Notes: generated by a model from the letters alone, not told the origin. A stretch of DNA of 64,000 nucleotides from Candidatus Heimdallarchaeota archaeon (GCA_019058275.1 JAHLVW010000062.1:64001-128000); one strand, 5' to 3'. Counted from the stretch's first letter, positions 17,793 through 29,217 are shown. Program-made: numbers and translations.

Positions 17793-19622
17793 ATGACTAT
17801 ATTTGGGAATACTGGCAAAATACTTGAAGTAAATTTAACGGAAGAAAAAATTAGTACGATCAAACCAGATCCAGAAGTTTACCGAAAATTCATTGGTGGT
17901 AGTGGAATAGCTGCACACATATTATTTGATAGACTTTCCAAAGATCTTGATCCTCTGTCTCCAGAAAATCCTTTAGGTTTCTTCACTGGACCATTATCAG
18001 GAACTAAAACACCAAGTTGCGGTAGACATGTTGTCTGTGCAAAATCACCCTTGACAAACATCTGGGGTGAAGCAAATTCTGGAGGGAAATTTGGTGCTTA
18101 CATGAAGTTTCTTGGATTTGATGGTTTAGTCTTCACAGGTAAAGCTAGTGAACCAAAATCACTGATGATATTTGATAAAGATATAGCCATAGTTGATGCT
18201 GCTTATTTATGGGGTAAAAATGTCTTTGATGTTGAAAAGGAATTAAAACAACGTTTTGAAAAAATTTCTAGTTTTGCAACGATTGGTGTTGCAGGAGAGA
18301 AACAAGTTAAAATTGCTTCAGTAATGAATGATGGTGATAGAGCTGCAGGAAGAACAGGAATGGGTGGAGTTATGGGATCGAAGAACCTCAAAGCAATTCT
18401 TTTGCAATCCTCTACTCGAGATGTTAAAGTAGCAAAAGCAGAAGATCTAAAAGAACTTGGAAAAATCATGAGAAAGGACATTTATGATAATACAGTTGCA
18501 AGAAGATTGTTTGGAACTGCTGCATATGTTTCAGGAGGAATGAAATGGGGAGATGTAGCAGTAAAATATTGGTATAAAGGGCACATGGAAAATACAGAAG
18601 CTTTTGATGGCGCTCAAATGAAGGAAACAATTCTATTAAAAAGGTATCATTGTTACAGTTGTGTCATTGGTTGTGGTAGAATTATAAAAATCGATGAAGG
18701 GAAATATGCATTACCTCAAACAGCTGGTCCTGAATATGAGACCCTTGCTAGTTTTGGAACAAATTTACTAATTGATGATTTGAAAGGAATATCTTACGCA
18801 AATTATCTTTGTAATCATTATGGTATGGATACAATTTCCGCTGGTATGATAGTTGGTTTAGTTTTCCATCTCTTTGAAAAGGGAATTATTCCTAAGAAAG
18901 ATCTTGAGAATGTAGATGCCAAATGGGGTAGCGTAGATGCATTATTTGAGTTACTTAAGAAAATGGCCCATAGAGAAGGTATTGGCGATTTAATGGCTGA
19001 GGGTTCTAATACATTAGCTGAACATTATCACATGCCAGACGAAGCACATACAGTAAATGGTTTAGAATTACCATTTCATGATCCAAGAGCATTTTATTCA
19101 ATGGCTTCCGTGTATGCTACATCCTCTCGAGGAGCTTGTCACAATAACGGTGATGGATATAAAATGGGACTTGGGGTGACAGTCCCTGAGATAAATCTTA
19201 ATTGTGAAGATAGATTTGATGATCTTGAAGGAGCTAGAATTGCTGTAAAAGTTCAGGATTTTAGAGCAGTTTACAATACACTAATTATGTGTCATTTTGC
19301 TATGCCACCTTTCAAAGATACAGTGAAAGCTCTGGAGTATGCAACTGGTTGGGAATATTCCATTGATGATGTAATGAAAGTAGGAACAAGAATTACAAAT
19401 CTAAAACGTCTGTTAAATATAAAAATGGGATTAACAATAAAGAATGATCGTCTGCCAAAAGTAATGTCATATAAGCTTAAGGAAGGTGGAGCTGAAGGAA
19501 GAGTTCCTGATTTGGAATTACAACTAAAAGAGTATTATAACCTAAGAAAATGGGATAACAAAACTGGAGTGCCTATGAAAGATTTGTTAGAAGAAATGGA
19601 CTTATTTGAATACACTACATAA
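17793..19622 (+). CDS. aor: Tungsten-containing aldehyde:ferredoxin oxidoreductase family protein
   Basis: KSPLT..WGEANSGG, AAGRTGMGGVMGSKNLKA, CYSCVIGC, GPEYET, GMDTIS, HDPR and RGACH. Confidence 0.92.
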   Translation: MTIFGNTGKILEVNLTEEKISTIKPDPEVYRKFIGGSGIAAHILFDRLSKDLDPLSPENPLGFFTGPLSGTKTPSCGRHVVCAKSPLTNIWGEANSGGKFGAYMKFLGFDGLVFTGKASEPKSLMIFDKDIAIVDAAYLWGKNVFDVEKELKQRFEKISSFATIGVAGEKQVKIASVMNDGDRAAGRTGMGGVMGSKNLKAILLQSSTRDVKVAKAEDLKELGKIMRKDIYDNTVARRLFGTAAYVSGGMKWGDVAVKYWYKGHMENTEAFDGAQMKETILLKRYHCYSCVIGCGRIIKIDEGKYALPQTAGPEYETLASFGTNLLIDDLKGISYANYLCNHYGMDTISAGMIVGLVFHLFEKGIIPKKDLENVDAKWGSVDALFELLKKMAHREGIGDLMAEGSNTLAEHYHMPDEAHTVNGLELPFHDPRAFYSMASVYATSSRGACHNNGDGYKMGLGVTVPEINLNCEDRFDDLEGARIAVKVQDFRAVYNTLIMCHFAMPPFKDTVKALEYATGWEYSIDDVMKVGTRITNLKRLLNIKMGLTIKNDRLPKVMSYKLKEGGAEGRVPDLELQLKEYYNLRKWDNKTGVPMKDLLEEMDLFEYTT

Positions 19623-19699
19623 GATAATAAAGAGAAATTGGAGAAACTATTAAATCCAAGATATTTTGTAGATGTTGATAACAAATAAATACTAGCAAT

Positions 19700-19725
19700 T
19701 TGAGGAAATTGATTTTTTTCCTCAA
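19700..19725 (+). terminator. Hairpin downstream of aor
   Basis: TTGAGGAAA-N8-TTTCCTCAA is a 9-bp stem followed by T-rich sequence. Confidence 0.45.
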
Positions 19726-19780
19726 TAGTTTTTTATTTTTAATAGATTAATATCTTTATTAGAATATTCAATTTTTACGG

Positions 19781-21223
19781 GTGCGAATTTTGAAAGATAA
19801 ATATGATGTAATTATTATTGGTTGTGGAATGGGTGGATTGGGTTCTGGCATTATGCTTCAAACTGAAAATTCAGATTTGAAAACCATTATTTTCGAACAA
19901 CACAATATCCCTGGAGGATATGTTACTGGTTTCAAGAGAAAAGGTTACTATTTTGATGGAGGGGCAGAAGGAATTACTAGTGTAGGCGAGAATGGACTGG
20001 TTAAAAAAGCATTAACAGAACTAGGGATTGATTATGAGTTTATACCAATAGAACCATTAGATGTTTATTATTTTGATGATAAAAAGTTCAACTTCTATTT
20101 GGATAAAGAGAAGTTAATTAAAGAAGTTAAAAGGGTCTTTCCAAAGCATTTGGATGGTTTTAAGGAATTTTTAGCTGAATGTGATAGGATCTTTCAAGAA
20201 ATTAGCAGTGGAAATAAAATCCCCGAATATGATAATCTATGCTACCTTGATTTAATTGGAAAATTTGTACCTAATGATTACATAAAGGATGTTTTCAATC
20301 TCTTTTGTCTTTGGTACGGTGCTAAACCAAGTGAAATGCCAGGTGTTTTTGGAGCTATGGTAACTAGAAGTGTAATGAATGGTGGAGTTTACTATCCAAA
20401 AGGTGGTATGCAAGAATTCTCAAACATGTTAAGAGATACCTATACATCTAGAGGTGGAGAAGTAGTTTTTAGTACAATGGCTAAGAAAATACTAATAGAA
20501 GATAACAAGGTAATTGGTGTGGAATTAGAAAATGGTAAAAGAATAAAATGTGATTGGTTAATTTCAAATGCTGACATTAAAAGAACTATTTTGGAGTATT
20601 CAGGAGAGAAGTATTTTCCAAAAGAATATGTTGATTTTATTAAAAATCTAAAATTAACACCATCAGGATTCATGTTGCATTTAGGAGTAGAAATGGATCT
20701 ATCAAACTATCCTTCTCATTTCCAAATAGGAAAAGATTATGCAATTTTAGAAAAAACAAGTAAAGGGCAATTTAAATTATCAAAGTTAGCAGTTAGAATT
20801 CCAGCAAATATCGATCCTGATTTGAAAAATGGTGATAATTACTCGATAGTTGCTTTCATGTTTGCACCCTATGATTGGAAAGATTACTGGCTAGCTGGTC
20901 CTGAGAAAGATAGGGGAATCAAATATAAAGAATACAAAGAGCAAGTTGCTGATGAAGTAATAAGTATCATTGAAAAAGTGATTCTAGGACTAAGAGAGAA
21001 AATCGCTGTAAAGGAATTGGCTACTCCTTTAACCTTTGAAAGATACTTGCAAGTTACAGAAGGTGCATGGTTTGGTTCGCATAAATTCCAAAAGCTTCCT
21101 GATTCAGAGACACCAATAGACAATTTGCTTCTTGTAGGAGCAAGTGTTAGAGGTAGTGGAGCTCCAAGTGCATTAAATCATGGATTTACTGTAGGAGACG
21201 AATTGGCTAAGAAAATCTCTTAA
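19781..21223 (+). CDS. Phytoene-desaturase-like FAD-dependent oxidoreductase
   Basis: IIIGCGMGGL, EQHNIPGGY..GF.RKGYYFDGG, YPKGG, ISNAD and ATPLTFERY. Confidence 0.85.
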   Translation: MRILKDKYDVIIIGCGMGGLGSGIMLQTENSDLKTIIFEQHNIPGGYVTGFKRKGYYFDGGAEGITSVGENGLVKKALTELGIDYEFIPIEPLDVYYFDDKKFNFYLDKEKLIKEVKRVFPKHLDGFKEFLAECDRIFQEISSGNKIPEYDNLCYLDLIGKFVPNDYIKDVFNLFCLWYGAKPSEMPGVFGAMVTRSVMNGGVYYPKGGMQEFSNMLRDTYTSRGGEVVFSTMAKKILIEDNKVIGVELENGKRIKCDWLISNADIKRTILEYSGEKYFPKEYVDFIKNLKLTPSGFMLHLGVEMDLSNYPSHFQIGKDYAILEKTSKGQFKLSKLAVRIPANIDPDLKNGDNYSIVAFMFAPYDWKDYWLAGPEKDRGIKYKEYKEQVADEVISIIEKVILGLREKIAVKELATPLTFERYLQVTEGAWFGSHKFQKLPDSETPIDNLLLVGASVRGSGAPSALNHGFTVGDELAKKIS

Positions 21224-21233
21224 TTTCTTCGAT

Positions 21234-21800
21234 TCAATCTCCTTTTTTCTTTGAAAATCCATAAGCAGCGACTCTGTCTTTTAAATTATAGTAATGGCCA
21301 GTCCCATATGCTAAAGCATCTGATAAGAGTAAGTCTGGACTGCCTTTTTCATCAATCATTGACTCATCATAGTATACTTTTAGTACCTCACCAAATATAG
21401 CATAATGAGTACCTACTTTGTAAATGTGTGTAACTTTACATTCAACATTAATTGGACACTCTTGAATTAGAGGAACATCTACTTCTTTTCCTTTGAAAAC
21501 AGTTAATCCAGTATCTTTGAATTTATCAGTATCTCGACCAGAGACTACTCCAAAATAATCTGCTTCTTTAGTAATAGCAACATTGGGGATATTCACACCA
21601 AAACATTGTGCCTTTTCTATTAATTCATAAGTATATCTTATATCTCTAATACCTACAACGACTGTTACTGGATCAGCACAAATGTTAGCTATCCAAGCAG
21701 CTGTCATAGCATTTGGTTTTCCTTTATCATCATATGCAGATACTAATGCTGCAGGTGCTGGATAAACAGCAGCTCTGGGTTCTTTTTCGACTTTTACCAT
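21234..21800 (-). CDS. Flavin reductase (flavoredoxin) family protein
   Basis: YPAPAALVS, PNAMTAAW, SGRDTDKF, PLIQECPINVEC and GTH. Start placed at MVKVEK (21800). Confidence 0.88.
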   Translation of the reverse strand: MVKVEKEPRAAVYPAPAALVSAYDDKGKPNAMTAAWIANICADPVTVVVGIRDIRYTYELIEKAQCFGVNIPNVAITKEADYFGVVSGRDTDKFKDTGLTVFKGKEVDVPLIQECPINVECKVTHIYKVGTHYAIFGEVLKVYYDESMIDEKGSPDLLLSDALAYGTGHYYNLKDRVAAYGFSKKKGD

Positions 21801-21877
21801 GATTATCACTAGAACATATGTTGAAACAATCATATTGATAATTTTTGTGTAAAAAAACCAAAACGTTGTTTTTTCTA

Positions 21878-21950
21878 TGGTTCAAAAAAAGTGAACCAAG
21901 TGTAATGTTTAGTTTTTTAGGTTGTTTCATCCTATTGTTTCCTTGAAACA
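21878..21950. promoter_or_regulatory. Two related palindromic operator-like sites
   Basis: TGGTTCA-N7-TGAACCA (21878-21898) and TGTTTC-N3-GAAACA (21936-21950), plus an extra TGTTTCA half-site, in a divergent intergenic region. Confidence 0.5.
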
Positions 21951-21982
21951 GAAGAGAGGTATCCAAAAAAGGAGCAAATAAA

Positions 21983-23377
21983 ATGAAACAAATAAAATTA
22001 ACCAAAAAAGCATCAACAACAGTAGTACTCTCAGTTATTATTGGATCAATAATAGCTGGCGCTATTGTAACAGGAACTCTACTAGCTAGAAATCGTAAAA
22101 ATAATGACTACATTACATTTCAAGAAGCTATAGATATTGCAAGCGCCATACCAGAAGTTGCTGCATTTATTGAAGAGAATGATATCAATTCTGTTTCAGC
22201 AAATCGATATGAAGAGAAATGGATAGTGGAGTTTTTTGATGATAACTTCAATTATACTGAAGATGTCTATTGTTGGATGAATTACGCTTATGTTGAAATT
22301 GATGCATTAACAGGCGAAATTCTCTATTATGAAGTATTTAATCCTTCAGAACCAAATTATATAGAACAAGAGATAATAGCTATTGCCAATGCAATACCCG
22401 AGATAGTATTTTGGATTGAAAACCAAGGAGGAGATATTACAATTTCTGCTTGGTATGATGGCTATGAACTCTGGTATGTTGATTATTGGTCAGATGCAAT
22501 ACGAACATATCCTTTCGTAATCATATCTAATAGAAATGGTTCTGTTGTTTACTATGAGATTTATGATCCTCTAGAGAATGCCAACCATACAACAGAAGAA
22601 ATTATTGAGATTGTTGAATCATTGGGAATTGTACAGACTTGGATTACTAACAACCCAGAATATGGCAGAGATATCAACTACTATGATACTATTTGGTTTG
22701 GTAATTGCTCATTACAAAGTAGTCTGGGTTTAGCGAAAACGAATCTTGTAGAAGTAAATTACATCAATTTAACTGGTGGTATCTGGATAGTTGATTATTG
22801 GGCATTAGATAATCCATATGATAATTGGCTTTCAGTAACTATTGATGACGAAACTGGCGAAGTTGCAGAGATTAGACAGAGTTTAATACCAACCTTAACT
22901 GAACAAGAAGCTATTGCAATAGCAGAATCACAACCAGAAGTTAGTGCATTCTTAGCTGGTCTAACTTCATACTCAATTAATGTTTGGTTTGATAGCTTCT
23001 ATGGTTATTGGAATGTCTTCTTTGAAAACGATTTCAATTATCAAGAATATGCTACAGTAGACATAATTGATGCAACTGGAGAAATTTTCTACTACTATAT
23101 TAACGATTTACCAGATCCAAATTTGACAGGTGAAGAAGCACTAACAATTGCACTAGCTGAACAAGAAGTTCAAGACTGGATCAGTACTATTTCTGAATAT
23201 GAAACTTACATTGGATTCTTTGAAGGACTCTGGAATGTTGATTTCGTTATTGACAATAGGACCTTAGCAGATGGTTTAATTCCACAAGATGGAATAATCG
23301 GTATAAGTGTAATTATTGATGATGCTACTGAAGAGGTTGTTGAAGTCAACTATATTATAATGGAAGAAATTTCATAA
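21983..23377 (+). CDS. Membrane-anchored acidic protein with PepSY-like repeats
   Basis: N-terminal TM and five repeats of T.QEAI.IA...PEV..F...W.V....V.ID..TGE(I/V). Confidence 0.7.
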   Translation: MKQIKLTKKASTTVVLSVIIGSIIAGAIVTGTLLARNRKNNDYITFQEAIDIASAIPEVAAFIEENDINSVSANRYEEKWIVEFFDDNFNYTEDVYCWMNYAYVEIDALTGEILYYEVFNPSEPNYIEQEIIAIANAIPEIVFWIENQGGDITISAWYDGYELWYVDYWSDAIRTYPFVIISNRNGSVVYYEIYDPLENANHTTEEIIEIVESLGIVQTWITNNPEYGRDINYYDTIWFGNCSLQSSLGLAKTNLVEVNYINLTGGIWIVDYWALDNPYDNWLSVTIDDETGEVAEIRQSLIPTLTEQEAIAIAESQPEVSAFLAGLTSYSINVWFDSFYGYWNVFFENDFNYQEYATVDIIDATGEIFYYYINDLPDPNLTGEEALTIALAEQEVQDWISTISEYETYIGFFEGLWNVDFVIDNRTLADGLIPQDGIIGISVIIDDATEEVVEVNYIIMEEIS

Positions 23378-23602
23378 AAATTAGTCAATACCAATAACAA
23401 CCTCAAGAATTAATTAGCCACCACCCCAAATGAAAGTTTGAATAAGTTGGAGAGTAGGATAAGAAATTCTATCTTATGTGAGATATTATAGACAATCAAG
23501 CTAAAGAATTTCTAATCTACTCTTCTAATATTTTCTTTAAATGGAAAATTATCAGTCTTAAAGAAACCCCTAATATTAACGATTGAGAGAATAATATAGT
23601 GA

Positions 23603-25003
23603 GTGGGATTAGAAGTGAAAAGAAGTTTCAAGAAATTATTACTATTGATACTCTTCATTATTAGTTTAATCTCAGCTCATGCTGTATTTGCAATTTATAT
23701 TTCGGATTCTTTTTTAACTACAAACAATGTCACAGAGAAACGATTTTCATCTTTTGAAAGTCAATTAATTAAAACTGATACATTAAATGATATCGTTACA
23801 GTAAAAGTTACTTGCTATTTACACTTAAGAACAGCACAAGTACAATTAGATATTGATTTCTTGGGTGCAGATTTTAATCAGATCAAAACAAAAAATGGCT
23901 TTTATACTACAATAGAAGAAATTTCCATCTTTGGAGATATCCGAAGTGTACAAGTTATTGAATCAGGAAGTATAGAATTAGAACATAGTGAAATTATTGA
24001 TAGTAATAGTACTAGAATTCAATTCACACTTTCATCTGATATTCCTATTGGTTTCACAAGGAATGTTAAGATAACCTACATTCAAGATACAGATGATTTT
24101 CTTACCTTTTATAATTATCAATTAGGAGTTGATTGGTTAAGACGTATTGGGAATCAAAACGTGATAATTATTTGTGATAAAGGAATTTCATTGATGAATT
24201 GTTTACCTTCACCACATTCCATTTCAACTGTAAGTGATAAATTAGTACTATCTTGGCTCGAGGCAAATCGCTATAGTTTCTATGCTAATGTAAACTATAC
24301 AAGTCTAGTTGAAATAGATGATTTGATCATTTCACCTCATGAGTGGGACATAGGAAGAGCAAGAAAAGATAGTAAACCTTTGGAAAAGGTTTTTGCGATA
24401 ACTAATTCTGAAAATCAAAAATTAGATGGTACAATAATAAAACCTGATTGGGTTGAAACAAATCTTACTGATTGGGAATTAAATATAGGTGAAACCATTT
24501 ATTTGAAGGTAACAATTGATAGATCAATATCAAGAAATTGTGATTGCAATGTATCTTTACAATGTTCTATAGCGTCTTTTCCTGTAAATATTGAAATATC
24601 TGGTTTTGTTTCTACCATTTCAATTGCATCAATTATTGCAATTGCTTTATCATCTGCTGCTTTAGTTGGTTTGTTAACCTTTGAAATAATGTATTATTAT
24701 CGAAAAAGAACAAAAGGTAGAGAACTGGAATTAGCAATGGAAACCTATGTAGTAGATTTAATTGAAAATATTGATCTTGATAAATGGAAAGAAATACTAA
24801 CTGAGAGGGAATTTACTATTTTTCAAATTATTCTTGATAAAAGGGAGCTTACACAAGCAGATTTAGTAAGACAAACAACTTTGTCCAAATCTACAATATC
24901 TAGAGCAGTTGGTAGGTTAGTAACTAAAGGTTTGGTCAAAAAAGTGAAATATGGTATGAGTAATGTTATATCATTAGAAACTGATTTCTTCAAAAATAGT
25001 TAA
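23603..25003 (+). CDS. Single-pass membrane protein with extracellular beta-rich domains and cytoplasmic winged-helix regulator domain
   Basis: Signal peptide, a TM near residues 340-365 followed by RKR, and C-terminal LTEREFTIFQII...LTQADLVRQTTLSKSTISRAVGRLVTKGLV. Confidence 0.8.
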   Translation: MGLEVKRSFKKLLLLILFIISLISAHAVFAIYISDSFLTTNNVTEKRFSSFESQLIKTDTLNDIVTVKVTCYLHLRTAQVQLDIDFLGADFNQIKTKNGFYTTIEEISIFGDIRSVQVIESGSIELEHSEIIDSNSTRIQFTLSSDIPIGFTRNVKITYIQDTDDFLTFYNYQLGVDWLRRIGNQNVIIICDKGISLMNCLPSPHSISTVSDKLVLSWLEANRYSFYANVNYTSLVEIDDLIISPHEWDIGRARKDSKPLEKVFAITNSENQKLDGTIIKPDWVETNLTDWELNIGETIYLKVTIDRSISRNCDCNVSLQCSIASFPVNIEISGFVSTISIASIIAIALSSAALVGLLTFEIMYYYRKRTKGRELELAMETYVVDLIENIDLDKWKEILTEREFTIFQIILDKRELTQADLVRQTTLSKSTISRAVGRLVTKGLVKKVKYGMSNVISLETDFFKNS

Positions 25004-25069
25004 TCTCTTTTTTAAAATTTAAAATAACATTTTAATTGAATATATTCAATATTATATTGGGGAAAGGCT

Positions 25070-26482
25070 TTGATAAAATGTAAAAGAGAGTTATGGCTCA
25101 GTTCAATTTCATTTTTATTTATTGTACTGATTTTAACAAGTGGATTTTCTAAAACTATGCAGTTAAGTAATTCGAAAATTATTCATAATAAACAACCTGA
25201 GAATAATCAACCATCAATAAATAATTTGATATCTATTGAAGCTTCTAATAAATTAATTATTGACAATGAAAAAGCATACCTTTTTGATTGGGCGAGAATA
25301 AACGTTTTTGATTTGAAAAATCCAAAAAGTCCAAAATTTCTTGTTAAAATTGATGATTTGCTTTTTTATTATCAATCAGTTATTGATATTGAAGATTCAA
25401 TATTATACTCGTTAAAAATTGAAAAATTTAACAATTCATTTATTTTTTGCTTAAATGCTAACAATTTAAGTGATATTAGTAATCCATCTCAAACAACAAA
25501 GAATGTTTTATTTGAATGTGAAATTCTAAATATTGAAGATTGTAACATTTTTGTTAAAGATGATTTATTAACAGTTGTATTTTTCTCTGAATATAATTGT
25601 AATTACAATGTTAGTATAATTAAAATCAATTTTATGGATAAGTTAAATCCTTATCTAATAAGCAATAGTACTGTGCAATTTAATTTAGATTATAATTTCT
25701 CAAATCCAAAATTATATACCATTTATAACAAGCACAATTCAATTATCACTGATGATTCAGTATATATCTGGAGTCAATATTATTATTATGAAGAGAGTGG
25801 CTCTAGAAGAACAATCCTTTACGGATTTTTAAAGCACTTAGATTTAACTAATGTTTCATCTATAACTCAAAACGAGTTGTTGAATTTTAATGACAAATAT
25901 TATGAAAATATCCTGAAAAATGATAATCATTTGTTTTTCTTACGAGAAGATGGTTTTGATGTCTACAATGATTCGAGTTTAAATGATAATGAAAAGTTAT
26001 CTAGTTTTACTGCTAATGATACACCAAATTTATGTCTTTTTCACGACTCAATACTTTTTCTTTTATGTTGGGAATCTGTAATTGTTCTAAATATTTCGGA
26101 TATAATAAATATAAAAAAGATCGATAGATATAATTTAGTAGGTGGGGATAAACCAGGTCAATTTACAGATGGTTTATTTGAAAATAACTATCTGTATCTG
26201 ACAAAAACAGCATATTTTCATTATGAAAGAACTTATTTTTTCTTTGAAGTGGAAGAAAACTATCACATTAGCAAAGTTTATCCTAATGGTATAATTTTAT
26301 CTTATGATTTTAAAGTAAATGTATTACCATTTATCATTATAACAGGCATAATCATAGGTTGTTTGTTTGTCATTGTTTTACCTGCAACAGTGTTGATAGT
26401 TTATTCAATAAAGAAGAAAAGGAAGGTCATTACTAAGGATGCTGAATTAGCTGTAGCAATTTCAGATACAAGTGAAAACTAA
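25070..26482 (+). CDS. Surface protein with LVIVD-like repeats and C-terminal TM
   Basis: INVFDLKNPKSP, NLSDISNP and IVLNISD repeats, a signal peptide, and a TM followed by KKKRK. Confidence 0.6.
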   Translation: MIKCKRELWLSSISFLFIVLILTSGFSKTMQLSNSKIIHNKQPENNQPSINNLISIEASNKLIIDNEKAYLFDWARINVFDLKNPKSPKFLVKIDDLLFYYQSVIDIEDSILYSLKIEKFNNSFIFCLNANNLSDISNPSQTTKNVLFECEILNIEDCNIFVKDDLLTVVFFSEYNCNYNVSIIKINFMDKLNPYLISNSTVQFNLDYNFSNPKLYTIYNKHNSIITDDSVYIWSQYYYYEESGSRRTILYGFLKHLDLTNVSSITQNELLNFNDKYYENILKNDNHLFFLREDGFDVYNDSSLNDNEKLSSFTANDTPNLCLFHDSILFLLCWESVIVLNISDIINIKKIDRYNLVGGDKPGQFTDGLFENNYLYLTKTAYFHYERTYFFFEVEENYHISKVYPNGIILSYDFKVNVLPFIIITGIIIGCLFVIVLPATVLIVYSIKKKRKVITKDAELAVAISDTSEN

Positions 26483-26486
26483 TATT

Positions 26487-27110
26487 TTACTCTTTTATTT
26501 CAAAATACTTTTGCTTATAATATCTCGAGTAAATTACTGCTGCAGGATTGTGTGTTGTTACTCTATCTTTCACAATTAGAATTGTTGTTGGAGCTTTTGA
26601 ATGTTTATTGAAGTTTATGTCATGTCCTATGCATAAACCCACAACAATATTTAGATCTGTTTCTTTGGAGTTCAGAAAATAAGCTTGCCCAACTGGGTTG
26701 CATCCAACTTCCTCTGCAGTAGAGAAAGTATCTTCATCAGGTATATCAAGTTCCTTTTTCTGTAAAGTTCCTATTGTACATATTCCTGTTACAACTTCAA
26801 AGTTATTCTTCTCAAGAATTTTAGTTAATACTTTAGCTTCTGCTTGTAAACCTATACAAAATGCTATACCCAATCGTTTATATCCCATTTTATTTGCGAA
26901 AACAATTAATTCCTTGACTCTAGGCCATTTCATATATCCAGTGACTTCTACATGAGCTGCTGTTTGAGATATTCTTCTTATATCTGGTTTTTCATATTCC
27001 TTCCTTGCTTCATCAAACACTGTTTGATCATCAACGGATGGGCATCTATTTGGTGCTTTTTTCAAATCATTCTCTTGACATGCTAGTATTGTACATTTTG
27101 AGCATTGCAT
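26487..27110 (-). CDS. DUF1847 family metal-binding protein
   Basis: CxxC...C, RVKELIVFA..MGYKRLGIAFCIGL, CNPVGQA, GLCIGHD and VKDRV..HNP. Confidence 0.88.
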   Translation of the reverse strand: MQCSKCTILACQENDLKKAPNRCPSVDDQTVFDEARKEYEKPDIRRISQTAAHVEVTGYMKWPRVKELIVFANKMGYKRLGIAFCIGLQAEAKVLTKILEKNNFEVVTGICTIGTLQKKELDIPDEDTFSTAEEVGCNPVGQAYFLNSKETDLNIVVGLCIGHDINFNKHSKAPTTILIVKDRVTTHNPAAVIYSRYYKQKYFEIKE

Positions 27111-27130
27111 TTACATTTCCCTCATGAAAT

Positions 27131-29217
27131 TTAAATTAGATATTCCTCAACAATTTTAGTAATTTGATAATCTCGATATTCGTTTATTTCAACTACACTA
27201 TGATCTATTTTCTTAAAGAATTTTTCTTGGTGTAGTTTGAAAGCTAATTCACGAAGTTTTTCTCTTAAAAGAAATGTTTCTCTCGAGACAACAAGTGCTA
27301 TAAAACTCTCTGTACCAGTTTCTAACATAATTGATATGTCTCCATGATCTATTAGCTTTAATCCACCTTCTTTTGCTTCAAGAATAGTTTGACCCATAGT
27401 ACGGATTGCTGAAAGCAATCCTGAAAGTAGATTTGGATCTATTCTTTTCTGTTCACCAAATTCCTTTTGGTAGAATGATAATCCAGTTTTCTTTGAGATA
27501 ATATACAATGCTTTTATTTCAGCTTCAACTGTTTTTGGTTTAGTTACACTTTCGAAAGAAATAGTGTTACGAATAGATTGGTTTATTCTAGTGAAAATTC
27601 TAACAAGTATGCTTTTCTTTTACAATTTCCTTTAGTTGATTTCTTGCTTCTTGTTCCTTTTCAGGTAAGTTTAATTCTTTGGCTAAATTGATTGCTTCAT
27701 CTAATACTTTCTTATTATCCTTTTGCTGGTTATTCATAGACAGAAGTAAACTTTGTAAGATAAACACATCAATTAAAACCAATTTGTAGTCTTGCTCTAT
27801 ACATAATTGCCTTGTATCTTCTATTTTTCTTAATGCATTTGCAATAAGTATAGACTCATTTGTCTTCCTATATCGAAGTAAATCAATCTCTGCAAGCTGA
27901 AGTTTGGCATTAACAATTATCTCGAGTAAATTGTTTTCATAAGCAATTTCCAAAGCATCTTGCAAGAATTTACTTGCTTCACCTAAATTTGATTGTCTTG
28001 CAGATAACCTGACTTTTTCTAAGAAATACTTTGGATGATTCATTGGTCAGATTAGCTTCATTAATATCAATTAACGCTTCATCTAATATCTTATCAGCAT
28101 CATTAAATTGATCAAGATTTTCATATATATCAGCACGACACAAATCTAGTGTAATCTTAATTTGTGGTGGAATAGGCACTTTACTTTTGTTAAGGTTTTC
28201 TAAAGCAATTTCTGAATTAGATAAAGCAAGTTTTGGATTACCAAAATCAAGATGAAGGTGAGCAATATTTGTTTCAGAAGCAACAATATAAAGAGAAATA
28301 TTAGCTTTCTTTGAATTCTCTAATGCAATGTAGAAGTATTTCATAGCACTCTCAATATCACCCATATTTCTGTAGATAAAGCCAATATTATTGGCACTAA
28401 TTGCTAGCTGCACCTCATTTGCTAATATTTGAGAAAATTTGAAGTGTTCTTCAAGATACCCAAGACCATCTTTCAAATTCCCACTTTCAATCAGACAAAG
28501 AGCAGTATTATTCAATAATCTATTCAGCAAATACCTGTTTTGATTTTTCCTAATAAGATAGATTAACTCATTACCTATAGTCGCACCCTCTTCCAAATTG
28601 CCCTCTCTTCTTCTCAAATTGATTAATATGGACTTTCCTAATGCATATGCTTCAGTAATTGCTATTAGTAGATTATCATCAGTAGAATATCTATCACACA
28701 ATTCCCTGTAAAGATGAGTAAAATTCTCTATTTCATTTGGAATCTTATCAAAATCTTGTGAGTAATAATAAAATAATAATCGATTTGCATTAGCTAATAA
28801 GAAGTTATATGGATCAATATGCTGAGATAGCTCATTTGCTTTCTCTATTATTTTTTTTACTTCATCAAATTTTCTTTGTGAAATTAGAGTATAAGCTTCT
28901 ACATTAAATAAACCTGGATGTAAATCATCCAACGACACTATCTCGAAAACTTTGTTATATTTTCCTTGAATCTGATAAGCATTAGCAGCTAAAAATAAGA
29001 ACTCAGAATTTCTGGTAATTATTCCTTTTCTTTCGTAAAGTTCAATTATTCCATCTAGAAAGTTCTTAAGCTTATCCACCCCACTTTTGGAAATCTTTTG
29101 AACATGTGTAATAATTGCTTCTCTGAAGTTATCTTCTAAACGCCAATAATGTACGAGTAATTCATTGGGCCAAAGGTTTAGTATTTCCATTTGCTTAACC
29201 ATAGAAATTGAATGCAT
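27131..29217 (-). pseudogene. TPR + longin-like protein split by two frameshifts
   Basis: Three ORFs (27979-29217, 27600-28043, 27131-27508) join into about 694 aa if one base is removed at each of two A-rich runs (~28014-28018 and ~27613-27621). The architecture matches 13166-15271. Confidence 0.75.
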
